DNA of 63,139 nt, filler included, from Reticulomyxa filosa (lineage: Eukaryota; Protista; Foraminifera): assembly GCA_000512085.1 (NCBI GenBank). It is 15 parts of 15 records of this genome, joined end to end, with 100 filler letters (N's around TTAATTAATTAA, not from the genome) between each part and the next. Parts side by side here need not be neighbours in the genome. Positions count along the whole stretch, not along the records: positions 1 to 3,069 come from ASPP01037642.1; positions 3,170 to 21,229 come from ASPP01011855.1; 13 more parts are not named here. One strand, 5' to 3'. The translations under genes and the position numbers were made by a program. Positions 1 through 10,750 of the stretch are shown here, piece by piece. The notes under the pieces are model-generated. The model did not search any database and was not told the origin of the DNA. It worked only from the letters and a program-made list of their open reading frames with translations. The first letter of the stretch is position 1. Each line of letters starts with the position of its first letter.

Positions 1-995
1 GCTGAAGAAATGTCAAGAGTACTTGAAACAGCTGACGACAAATCCATCCTATCGCTATGACAGTCCGCAACGATTTAGACATATGAAAAATGAAACGGTG
101 ATATTGGAATATGTATGATGAAAATGAAATGATCTCCGAAATTGTGGTGCTTATCGACCGAATCATTGCCGACAATATATCCTTACTTGCATCCAAATTG
201 ACCAGATAGACATTCGCTTGGATCACAAAAGCAAATCTGTCAAGTATCAACACATAAACAAGCCTTTTGTGAATATTCATACATTTTCATTTGTTTATTA
301 ACCATTATTCTTCTTATCGCTTTGAAGTTATCAAAAACGAATCAGAATTACGCAATACTGTTGTCACTACACACAAAAAGAAGTTATCTAAAAATGATTT
401 AGTGAATAAAAAGTGCTCGAGATTATATCGCTTAATGCTATACTTTTGATAATATTTATACCACAAAGTACTGTTTCAATAGTTTGCTGCTTTCTGTGCT
501 TCAGCAACAAGCACTTCCAGCACTGGAAGTGGAGAGACTTGATCTGATTAAAGTAACCACGTATTTACTAAAACTTATAATTGAAGATATTGAAAGTTGA
601 TGTGCAACGAGCAAATAATTTGAAGAATCAATTGATCAATATCTCAAGAATTCGTGCTGTCATTTTTATAATTGGATTTTATTGTTTGGTGAACATGCTT
701 CGGCATATTAGCTCCTTTGGCATTTCAACTTTGAAATATATTAATTGCTTTTAGTGACGTTTAAAATTCTTAAATAAAGTGATTTTTTTTTTTTTTTTTT
801 TGGATTATGTGTCAAAACAATCCATTGTTTAGTTTATCTATCTTTCATTTAGAATTGTTGGAATATCAATTTTATTTTGTTCAAACAAAGTTTTTCTTCA
901 CAAAAGATTCAAAATTTAGAAAACCTTTCACTAACATTTTAATTTTGTGTTTAAAAGCACAAAAAAAAAATCGTTTAAAAAAAAGAAAAAAATAA

Positions 996-1533
996 GATTG
1001 TGCGAAGATCAAGGAAGCAAAGATCAAAATGCGTAATGAAGCGGCAAGACATGTGGTAATGGATGTATAAATTTTGGGCTCGCAAACACGAAGTGTTGAA
1101 CTACATTCGGCCGAAACTGCTTACACTTGGACGATGAGATCTTTCAGATGCTGATCAACTTTTGAAAACACAAAAACAAGGAAGGGGTGGGCATGTCATG
1201 AACCAACAAAAGTCTATGGCCTATTTGCCAGAGTCTGAACGACAGTCTTTGATTGATTGGATCCGATTCAAACTTAAAATGTTAGCCAACATTTCAAGCT
1301 TGGAATTCACTCCTTTGTATGGAACACGTGGCACATATGTCATTAGTGCCATCATCATCAGCGTGGACAACAAGTTAGACCAGGGAAAAGACTGGCCATT
1401 GCAAATCGATGACAACGAAGGGACTTTACAATGTCATGTTTTACGAAAGTGTAAAATGTTGCCTGGTGAATATTATGACAATATCTTTATTCATTTTAAA
1501 CCAACTGACACAACATATTGGACTTACAATTGA
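996..1533 (+). pseudogene. Degenerate coding sequence of unknown family
   Basis: One frame reads DCAKIKEAKIKMRNEAARHVVMDV*FWARKHEVLNYIRPKLLTLGR*DLSDADQLLKTQ and continues into ORF 1162-1533; two in-frame stops. Confidence 0.35.
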
Positions 1534-1789
1534 TTTTAGATTTAAAAAGAGTCTTTTCTTTTTGTTTTAATTTTTATTTCGAACTTGATTTCAATGATAA
1601 CTGTCTTTGCACAATTTCTCGTATAAATATTTTAAATAAACCACAAATCAGCAAATATTGTAATTGCATCCTTTCTTGCCTTGTTCGATTAACGTTGCTC
1701 AAAATTTGTAGTAGATTTGGATTGTTGATGTTTTTTCTTATGTGGAATTTGATAAACAATTGGAAGTCATTTGAGTAGCAAAATTAGAC

Positions 1790-2820
1790 AAATTGGATGT
1801 TTTGACTTTTTAAAAGGGAATGCAAACATTCGATCAAATGGAAGATAAATTCATTAATTTCCCATTGCGCAGCAACAGTTAGATAAGTGGATGTCCACCA
1901 GTAAAATGCACATCATAATCATCAAATTGGAAACTTCCAATCTTCTTTTTTTTTTCTCCTGGAACCACAATTCAACATCTCGAAAACAAGATCGATCCCA
2001 ATTTGGAAATATGGATCATAATTTTGATTTGCTGTAGTTAAAAAAGTCAATGTGAGTGCAATCGAAATAAGATTATTTGGAGTCTCTAATACTCGTTCAT
2101 TTATTTTATATTTGATTTTGTATCCATACTTTTTTTTCATTCTTGCATTTATTTACATTTTCAACAACATTTACATCCTCCTTTTCTTTTTCGTTTTCAT
2201 GTTCATTGAATAACATATAAAAAGGCATCTTGTAATGTCTTTTTGAATAACAAAAAGTTTTGAGTTTGTTCATTTCTGAGATGATTCCATTGATTGGACC
2301 CTATTTTCAATAAAGTGGTGAAGATATCCAAGGTGTTTGAAATATCTGTCCGCCAGGATAAATGGAAGATAAATCAGAAATGAAAAAGTTGGCAAAGAAA
2401 TTGTTTGAATTTTGAATGGGGCAAACAATGGAGCCACCAATAGGGACCATAAAATTTTTATCAGTATTTTGATAATGACATCGAGATGACACTGTATTAA
2501 GACTGGTGAAGGATAGATAATGATTGCATGTCATATGTATTATTAACAACAAATGTTTCTAATCTCTTTAATATTATCAGAAATTCGTGGACACATAAAA
2601 TATCTTCTCTGGGATGTTCAAATGTATTTAATTTGGATTTAATCGATTTTAAATCGGTGATTACCTTAAAATCTTTTGCAATTTATTTCGATATTTGGAC
2701 ACAGTTTTTATTTATTATGACTTTCAATTCTTCAAAAAACATTGAATGCAGATTTTTCAGTTTTTCAGCAACAAAGTAAGATAAAACACATCTTTCATAC
2801 TTGCATTCAATTAAATCAAA
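1790..2820 (-). pseudogene. Decayed coding sequence, unknown family
   Basis: Protein-like frame LIECKYERCVLSYFVAEKLKNLHSMFFEELKVIINKNCVQISK*IAKDFKVITDLKSIK... broken by stops and frameshifts. Confidence 0.3.
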
Positions 2821-2904
2821 CAAGTTTAATATCAACTTATTTTTCTTTTAGTCAAACTTTTCAAACAAAAACAATTTCATTTCTTGTTCGATAAAAAAAG
2901 TAAA

Positions 2905-3069
2905 TTATCCCCAAATACGAATGGGGCCTTTGCGTGAACAATAACACAAATTCAAATCATATTTAACATTCTTTGTCTTATCTTTCTTTTTCAATACAAT
3001 AAATTTAAGACAACTTATTGCACCGTCTCCTTTAATCATATACAATTCATTCTTATTTGATCGAATATC
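2905..3069 (-). CDS. WD40 repeat protein, C-terminal fragment (5' truncated by contig end)
   Basis: Translates DIRSNKNELYMIKGDGAISCLKFIVLKKKDKTKNVKYDLNLCYCSRKGPIRIWG*, closely matching the end of the WD40 protein at 57403 (DIRTNK...ISCFQF...NLCYGSTNGPIRLFG). Confidence 0.85.
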   Translation of the reverse strand, partial: DIRSNKNELYMIKGDGAISCLKFIVLKKKDKTKNVKYDLNLCYCSRKGPIRIWG

Positions 3070-3169
3070 NNNNNNNNNNNNNNNNNNNNNNNNNNNNNNN
3101 NNNNNNNNNNNNNTTAATTAATTAANNNNNNNNNNNNNNNNNNNNNNNNNNNNNNNNNNNNNNNNNNNN
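3070..3169. other. Artificial contig linker N44-TTAATTAATTAA-N44 (first of 14; others start at 21230, 22974, 25764, 27935, 29036, 34294, 36009, 37267, 39278, 45773, 50853, 52669, 58138)
   Basis: Identical 100-bp spacer whose 12-mer gives stops in all six frames; genes are truncated at these points. Confidence 0.98.
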
Positions 3170-5272
3170 AAAAAAAAAAAAATTTGTGAAAGGTGTCGGA
3201 AATGGCAGAAAAAGTAAACGAATACAAAAACAGAGACCAAAAACTGCGTAAGCTTTCAATGCATTCGAAATATGAAATCCCGGCATGGATAAAAGAACAA
3301 GACGAACATCTGCAACTTTTGTCTCGCAATGACGATCTTTCAAAAATGGAACATTCCAATTGTCAACCAATCGTATTACAGAAACAGGTTCCAAACTGGT
3401 CCGAAATCGCGTGGCAACCCGCGATTCGATTTGATTGGGATAACACATGGCTGACATGGACTGAGCGCCCCATTCAAGTCAAAATTGCAAAATATCCCTT
3501 TGGACAAGGTTCACTTCGCGCTTCTTATTATTGTCTTATCAATGATTCAAAAGTTAATCTTTGTATTTTTTACACAAGTAAACCACTTTATTACAACAGT
3601 ACAATTGTCTCGTCAAACAAAACGGTATATTGTGGATACAGATAAAGCATGACAGCGAAGTGGCAGACAAGGATCAGTTGATACAGTTTTAACACATATG
3701 CTAAAGATCACTGTCAAATACTGTGTTATTTTGTGTATCCACTCATTTTTACTTATTTATTGGACAGATATGTATTTACGCATACTACACGTACGCAAAT
3801 TTAAAAATCAAACTAAACAAACAAAGTGGACAGACAGCAACAATGAAAGAAAAAGAGAAAGGCAAGCGAAACCAAATACGACACGAGTCACTATTGAAAC
3901 CCACATCATTTCCCAATGGCGCAAATGCGCATGGTCAATTTATCAGCCACAGTTTGGGTTCGGAATCGAACTTGGACGATTTTTTCGAAACAGATGAAAT
4001 CGAGAATGAGAACGAGAAAGGGAAAGAAACTGGAAAGGGACAAGAAAAAAAGACAAAGATGAAAATGAAAGCGAAAGCAAAGGAAAAAGATTTATATCAT
4101 CAAAGCAAGTTATTGAAACAATTTTTAGGCATTGATTTTATGGACGAGTTGAAAGTCGCAAAAAAAAACATTGAAGAGAAAGAAAAAAGTGAGCGTCCGT
4201 GGTTTGATATAACCAGTTATTTCAATGACGTGAGAACGCAGAGTGAAGCACAACGATTTGCAGCGGAATATAACGGATACAATCCTCCGAAGAAAATCGC
4301 CTTTTTGGCGACAAGTGTAATACTGTTGCAAGATCAAACGCTGGATGTGAAAGATCGGTTTTATTGCGTGGAAGAATATTTGCACGGGAGTTATGTAAAG
4401 CATTTGGACAACCACGGTGGCGATGAACAACTGCGCAACACCCCCGCCGCATTTGCGCACTTCACGTATGAAGCCAGTAATAATCAATTGCTAGTGTGCG
4501 ACATTCAAGGCGTGGGTGACTTGTACACCGATCCCCAGATTCATACCATTGATGGAAGGGGGTTTGGAAGAGGCAATTTGGGAATTGATGGAATGCTTCG
4601 CTTTTTGCGGACTCATCAGTGTAATGCCATTTGCCAACACTTAAAATTGCAGCCTTTTAATCCTCATCCTTTTGTCGATGGCACCATTCCTATCAAACGC
4701 AAAATGGATTTGGAACGCGTTCGTCCTATTGAACCTCCCTCACGTAATGCACTTTCTGCTAGCGCTTTGTTGCCAAGCTCCGTCGCCAATTCTTTCAAAA
4801 ACACTTTGACTAGTACTGTATCTGAAACCAAGAGTACTGTTCTCACCACTACTATTGCCACTGCTTCCAATCTTGATCATGTCAATACTCCTCAGTACTC
4901 TTGTCCTCACCATTATTGCCTTCCTCCTTCTTCTAATCCTCATCTTGCTGCTTCCAAACATCCTGATGAGCGATTACTTCCTGTTCTTAATGATGCTCAA
5001 AAGTATCCTTTTTTTGTTGTCGTTGTTGTGTTCGTTCATTTTGTTTTATTTGTCATACTTCAAAATCTTTTTCAAGTACGTATACATAACATATGTTTGG
5101 TGTGTTCATTATCGCTATTTCCAAGCACGTTTTCTCTTTTTTTCTCCCATACACATATAGCACTAGTGATCCGCATGTATCGTCGACTGTTCCGTACAAT
5201 CCGCTCACTCCACTGAAATTACAATCAAAACACAGCAAAAATTGCTGGGAATGCAATTGTATAGTGCTGTAG
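3170..5272 (+). CDS. Alpha-kinase (eEF2K/MHCK-type), multi-exon, probably 5' partial, with predicted C-terminal CaaX box
   Basis: Motifs PFGQGSLRASY, VAKK, VEEYLHGSYVKH, AFAHFTYEAS, VCDIQGV, YTDPQIH, FGRGNLG, HQCNAIC; GT-AG intron 5003-5160 gives a last exon ending KNCWECNCIVL*. Confidence 0.92.
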
Positions 5273-5949
5273 CTTTTTTTTTTCTACTTAAGCTAAGTTT
5301 GGTCGTTTTTTAAATCGTCATATATTTTGTGGTTTGTTTGTGTCTATATGCTTTATTTTTTGGGTTGTGTGTTTTTTTTGGCTTGCTAGAGACATTTTTT
5401 TTGTTTATTTTTTTTGTCAAGTTTGAGCCGACTTAAGTCATTTGTGATGAAGGATTAAAAAATGTTTTTCTTTAGTCTTTTTTTTCTTTTTTTTTAGTTT
5501 CCTTAATTTGATTTTAAGTTTGAAACATTGTGGTGATTGATTTGCTAAGGTAATCTCATTTTTTGTCACTTCATGAAAAATTTCATAGATTGCCTTTTTG
5601 CGTTATTGCTTTTTAAATTGTTTGACAAAAACCGCAAATATAGTTACAAAAATAAAAAATAATTGTTATTTTATAAAGATTGTGCTACTTTCCAATTGAC
5701 AACTTTACTCGTCTTCTTAAACATAACTAACTATATTGTAAAAAAAGATCAATATTTTCTACTTCAGAAATATATCACCAGTTAATATTTGGGATTCTCA
5801 CATTGATCAGTTAATAATGTTTTATTAAACTAAACAATAAACAAAACAACAGCTAAACAATTACGTAACAGTAGTTGTGTTTTTGTTTAGTTTTAAGTAA
5901 AATTTATTTTATTAGTACAAGTGACAATTACAAACATTTTACTAAATAG

Positions 5950-6146
5950 TGTAGGGCAAGTCCATGTTATACAATCTCAAATACTAATGGAACGGTAGGT
6001 TAAAAACCCTCTTCACAACACAACTCACTTTTGTGTTTTCTTTACTTGTTTTCCTTTCTTGTGTTGAGATTATTTTTGTTAATTTAATTTGCTTTTTGGA
6101 ACTAAGTTCCTTTCGTATTACACTTAGTCGTCTCAATATTCCTACA
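5950..6146. mobile_element. Solo-LTR-like element, copy 1 (197 bp)
   Basis: Starts TGTAGG, ends CCTACA, flanked by 4-bp direct repeat ATAG (5946-5949 and 6147-6150); homologous to 32409-32631. Confidence 0.8.
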
Positions 6147-6326
6147 ATAGTGTCAATAAAACATAAACAGAATATAGTAATTTTACATATTGCAGGTAAG
6201 ATGCAGTATCTTTTTCATTTTTCACAATTTTAAATTATGAAAAATTGAACTGCAATGAAATAATAGTAAATTTTAGAATATTATAAAAAATAAGTAATAT
6301 CTTAAATATACATATCATTTACAATT

Positions 6327-8130
6327 GATTGCTAATGAAAAAATGTAATATTATTTATAAAATGATCATTTATATATTTGTAAATCAATTGTACTTAATT
6401 TACACTTTTTATAATACTTTTTTTTTTTGCTATAATGTTATAAAAACAATTTATTTACTTGAAAGTTTTTACACAAATATTATCAAAATTGTACCAAAAA
6501 ATAACAAAGACCATGTTGATATTTTGTTTTCATTCATTTGCAAATACAATGACCAATAATGCTTCAAAGTGTTTTATTGTTCAAATATTTCTCATCATTT
6601 AAAGCAAGTCAATAAAAAGAATGTTACTAAAGTCGAATACTACATGAATTATGATGATTTTTTTACCTTTTCCTTCATCCAGTTACAGTAAACTGATTGA
6701 AACTTTCTTATAACGTATGCAATATCACAACATAAGAGTATAATACACTGAAATCAGCAAACATTGATCACGTCCTCAGTTTTTATTCAGTCAGATTGTC
6801 ATATCTTCCAGCTATCGCTTCAAGACAGAGTAAACTTACAGTTTTTAGATCTTTATAGTTCAATAAAACAAAAAAGATATTTCTAATTTGAATGATTAAC
6901 AACGACACATTATTTTAAAAGGAAAACTAGTATTGCAAACTTACAAGAGACGACTTAAGAAGAAATGTTTGTGCACTTATTTGCATAGAACGTGAATACT
7001 ATCTTGAAGAAGGTTCGACTGCATTGTTCGTCAAACTTGTAAGCATTTAGAAATTTTAGTAGTTGATAATTTTGGAAAGTTACACAAAATAATATATAAT
7101 ATGTCTTGCATATGCAAGAGAATAAACAATGAATAGTAAAAGCATTGAACGCTGAAACGTCACATTGTCAAGAATGCAAAGAGTAAATTGTTGCTAGAAT
7201 ATGCTGATGATATTTGTATTATGATCATACCACTGATTTCTCAAGAATTATGCATAAGCCTAAATTTTATTATCTAACGTATTGCTTTTCCGCACTAAGT
7301 TAAAAATTTCATCATATCTGTAACAAAAACAGTAAAAATACACATGTACTAGTAAAAAAGTGATTAGTAAATTAAATCAGTATCAATTGATTATCAATAT
7401 TTATTATGACAACAATTTAAAGAGCAATAAAAGAACACTTATGTTTCAATTATTATTTAGTCACAATTGTATTGCAGTGAATTTAAAACAACAATTGTTA
7501 CGACTGTGAAATATCTTCAAATGAATACATTCAAAGCATATCACAATTTGACAAACAAAACGATCAAATGAATGATAATAAAAAACTACAATATTAATTG
7601 GCCTAAATAACAACAACATTTTATTTGCACTAATAAAATATAAAGTATTTTATGTGACATTACAGTACATGCTAACAAAATGACTTCCAAAAAGTGTCAC
7701 TATATTTTGTTTATTTAGATTTATATTAGTTTTCAATATTTTTCACAGCAAGAAAAAAATAAAGTGAATTAAAGTAAATATTTTGGAAAAAGAGATTCAA
7801 AAAAATTATTGACGCGTGCGACACTTAGTGTATAAAACAAAATTATTGGTAAATTGCTCTTTTGTCAATACGTAACAAAAAACAATCCAAATTACTTCAA
7901 TTGTTTTGTAAAAACTTAAAATAGTGTCAAGAAATATGATCAATTTACGCAGCAACATTAAAAAATAATTTTGTGAATGTTGTAAAAACTTTCAAGTAAA
8001 TAAATTGTTTTTATAACATTATAGCAAAAAAAAAAAGTATTATAAAAAGTGTAAATTAAGTGCAATTGATTTACAATATATAAATGATCATTTTATAAAT
8101 AACATAATATACATTTTTTCATTAACAATC
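6327..8130. repeat. 1.8-kb segment bounded by ~160-bp inverted repeats (6327-~6490 and ~7966-8130); possible non-autonomous DNA transposon or inverted duplication
   Basis: gattgctaatgaaaaaatgt...ttacactttttataatac...ttgaaagtttttaca at left is near-identical to the reverse complement of the right arm; no clear TSD. Confidence 0.75.
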
Positions 8131-9019
8131 TTGTCGTTCTATTATCTTGAAGTCCAAATTCAAAGCGTATCTCAATAATTTTGTAAAATGTCAGTATATT
8201 AGTTTTTTGATTAAACAGTAACTCTGTTATGTGTATAAATGTGCTTTGACTGTTTTATGTACATAAAATGAATTACAACACAATCACACTCTGGCTTCTC
8301 TTTCCTTTTAAAAAATTTGTGAAGTACTACACAATAAAACTATTTAAAGCTAGAAACATTAAATAAAGAAAAAATTTTAAATTAATTATGTATATCAAAC
8401 AATATTGCCTTGGACTGGCCAAAAATGTTGATATCAAGGTTAAACCTTATTCAAACATTTGAAAAAGTGACTTTATTATGTTGAAAGTATCTATTTTGAA
8501 AAACTTATTATTAAAAACTTTTTGAGCACCAAACAAAAGAAAAATAAACAAATCACTCACATATATGTAAGAGCGCAGATGTTGTTTGTCAAGACGAAAC
8601 AACGTTTGAAGGCGTTTTAGATTTCTATAGGACGTATGGTTTTCGGAACAAATATTTAGTTTTGAAAATACCATCACACAAGAATCAAAGGATTTAATCA
8701 CTTTTGGGAATGTGATGCCAGTGTGGTGAAACACAAAGCATAAAAAAGTGATTCTTGCAGAGATACACACACACAAACAATGACAAAATCCGAGTCTGTT
8801 CCCTCTCTCGTATGACCCTTGCTTCCAAAAACAAATAACTATGTTTCAAAAAAAAAAAACAAAAAAAAAAACGTAAATAAAATAACATAAACAAAAAAAA
8901 TTCGACATGCAGTCGTTTTTTTTAGTTTGTAAAACATAAACATACACAGTTCGAAATCTAAAAAAAAAGGAAAAAGAAGGTGTGAGAGAGTTGAGAATCG
9001 AGTCAAATGTTGTCATTTT

Positions 9020-10298
9020 TTATAAAAAGTTGATCACGATAGAATTAAATTCTTTGATCCATCCAATTTTTTTAATTCGGCATTTCCTCCACCAATGTTG
9101 AACAACCATTTGAATATTTTTTTTGGTCTTGTATTAATATATGTATATGTAATGTACAACAAATGGATATATTATTGTTTTAAAAATAAAAAATAAAAAA
9201 CGAAGACGAAACATGTTCCCCTTTGATTTGCAACATAAAATGTGTGGACAAAGGTTGATGCACATGATCAACACCCCCAATGATATGGACAGTGGAGTGG
9301 TGATCACTTGACACTAGAGCACAATTAGTGACCATAAAAGGAAGTGAAAAGTCACAAAGACTCCATTTTCGTTCATTAATACTATAAACATAAATGGTTT
9401 TGGTACAATGATTGGGCGTGCTTGCTAGGCCACGTCCTCCCAAAATGAAAAGATATTGGTTTACTTTAATGCACATATATCCATAACAAGATTTCAAATG
9501 ACTGCAAAGTGGCAATGGGTGAAACGTGAATTCTTGTGTGTTTTCATTGAACGATACCAACACACTCCTGTCTTCGCGAATGAGTATAAATTCATTTTCG
9601 TCACTGGGCACCAGACAATGATACGGTGGCGCGTGGCTGACCGTAAACCCCAATGGAAGTCGATATGCTTTCATATTGCTTAAATAGTCGAATGTGTCCA
9701 AATTCAGCACATCAATATCGTTATGACGTGTAATGAACAACAATTTTTTTTTAGAGCCGCTTACAATTGCACGCGCTCCGAATAGATTGTGTTCTTCTTT
9801 CTTTCCAATGCACATATTGCCTGGCAATGGTCTCCATTCATTCACAATCGCTCCGACACTACCACCTTGTTGGGAACACACGGATAGATTGTCATTCCAT
9901 ACACTTTGGTAGTTCATCAACAAACTATGGTAAGGTATTCGATTCATACGCCCTCCAAATGACAAGAGTGTCGTTCCTTTCATCGTCAAGTCGTTCACTT
10001 CGTATGACACTACTATGTGAGCCGACAATATTGTCTCGTTTGGATATGAACATATCCATTTATATTGCTGCTTTGGAATATTGTATGAATAGCAGTTGTT
10101 GTTGTTGCAACCCCCACAAATTAGCAATTCTTCACCTATACACAAACTTTGACCAAACGACAGCGTCGTGGGGAGATGAGGCAAGTCGTGGAGAGAAAAG
10201 GTCAATTGTGGAGGTCGAGTGGATTTTTTCTCCACAATCGGCACTTGGCATGGTCCTTTGCCTTCTTGTTTACCTTCTGAAGCGACGTTTTGTCCCAT
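9020..10298 (-). CDS. Kelch-repeat beta-propeller protein, 2 exons (10298-9213, 9127-9020)
   Basis: Kelch blades LLICGG, LLSFGG, LFILGG, VHIIGG; MGQN start (possible myristoylation); last exon TKKNIQMVVQHWWRKCRIKKIGWIKEFNSIVINFL*. Confidence 0.9.
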
Positions 10299-10750
10299 TA
10301 GAGATAGCGAAAGGGGGTAAAACAAAAACACGGAAAGGAAATTTCTTGAGACGGTGGGACGAAAAGTAACAAAATAATGACTCAGCTTTTGGCCTAAACG
10401 CTACAATTACAAGAAAAGTAGAAATATTCCGCTAAACAATTATCATTCACGCAATCATTTGCAGCCTTTAAGAACATTCCAAGGCGAGAGCCAAAAACCA
10501 AATCCAACACTCAGTATTGTGTGACACGCCAATTAAATTTGTACAACTTAGATAGATTACAAGTAAACAAATCTTTTTTCAATTGTATTTTGTTCAGTCA
10601 CAACTTTGGAACACCAAAAGAAAAAGAGCAAGCGACAAAGAAACAATTTGACAAAAAAAAAAAAATGCACAAGTCCTGCTTTAAACTTGCAAAATAAATT
10701 TTGTCAGCTTACAAAAAAAAAAAAATAATAATATGAAAAACTGAACACCC

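Noticed and set aside
5003-5216. Transmembrane C-terminus on the alpha-kinase shown in the ORF track
   Set aside because: T-rich intron read-through between a GT donor at 5003 and an AG acceptor at 5160
7160-7276. LLEYADDICI, resembling the reverse-transcriptase YADD motif inside the inverted-repeat segment
   Set aside because: The open frame is only about 40 codons and no other RT motifs are recognisable; it may be chance or a very old fragment
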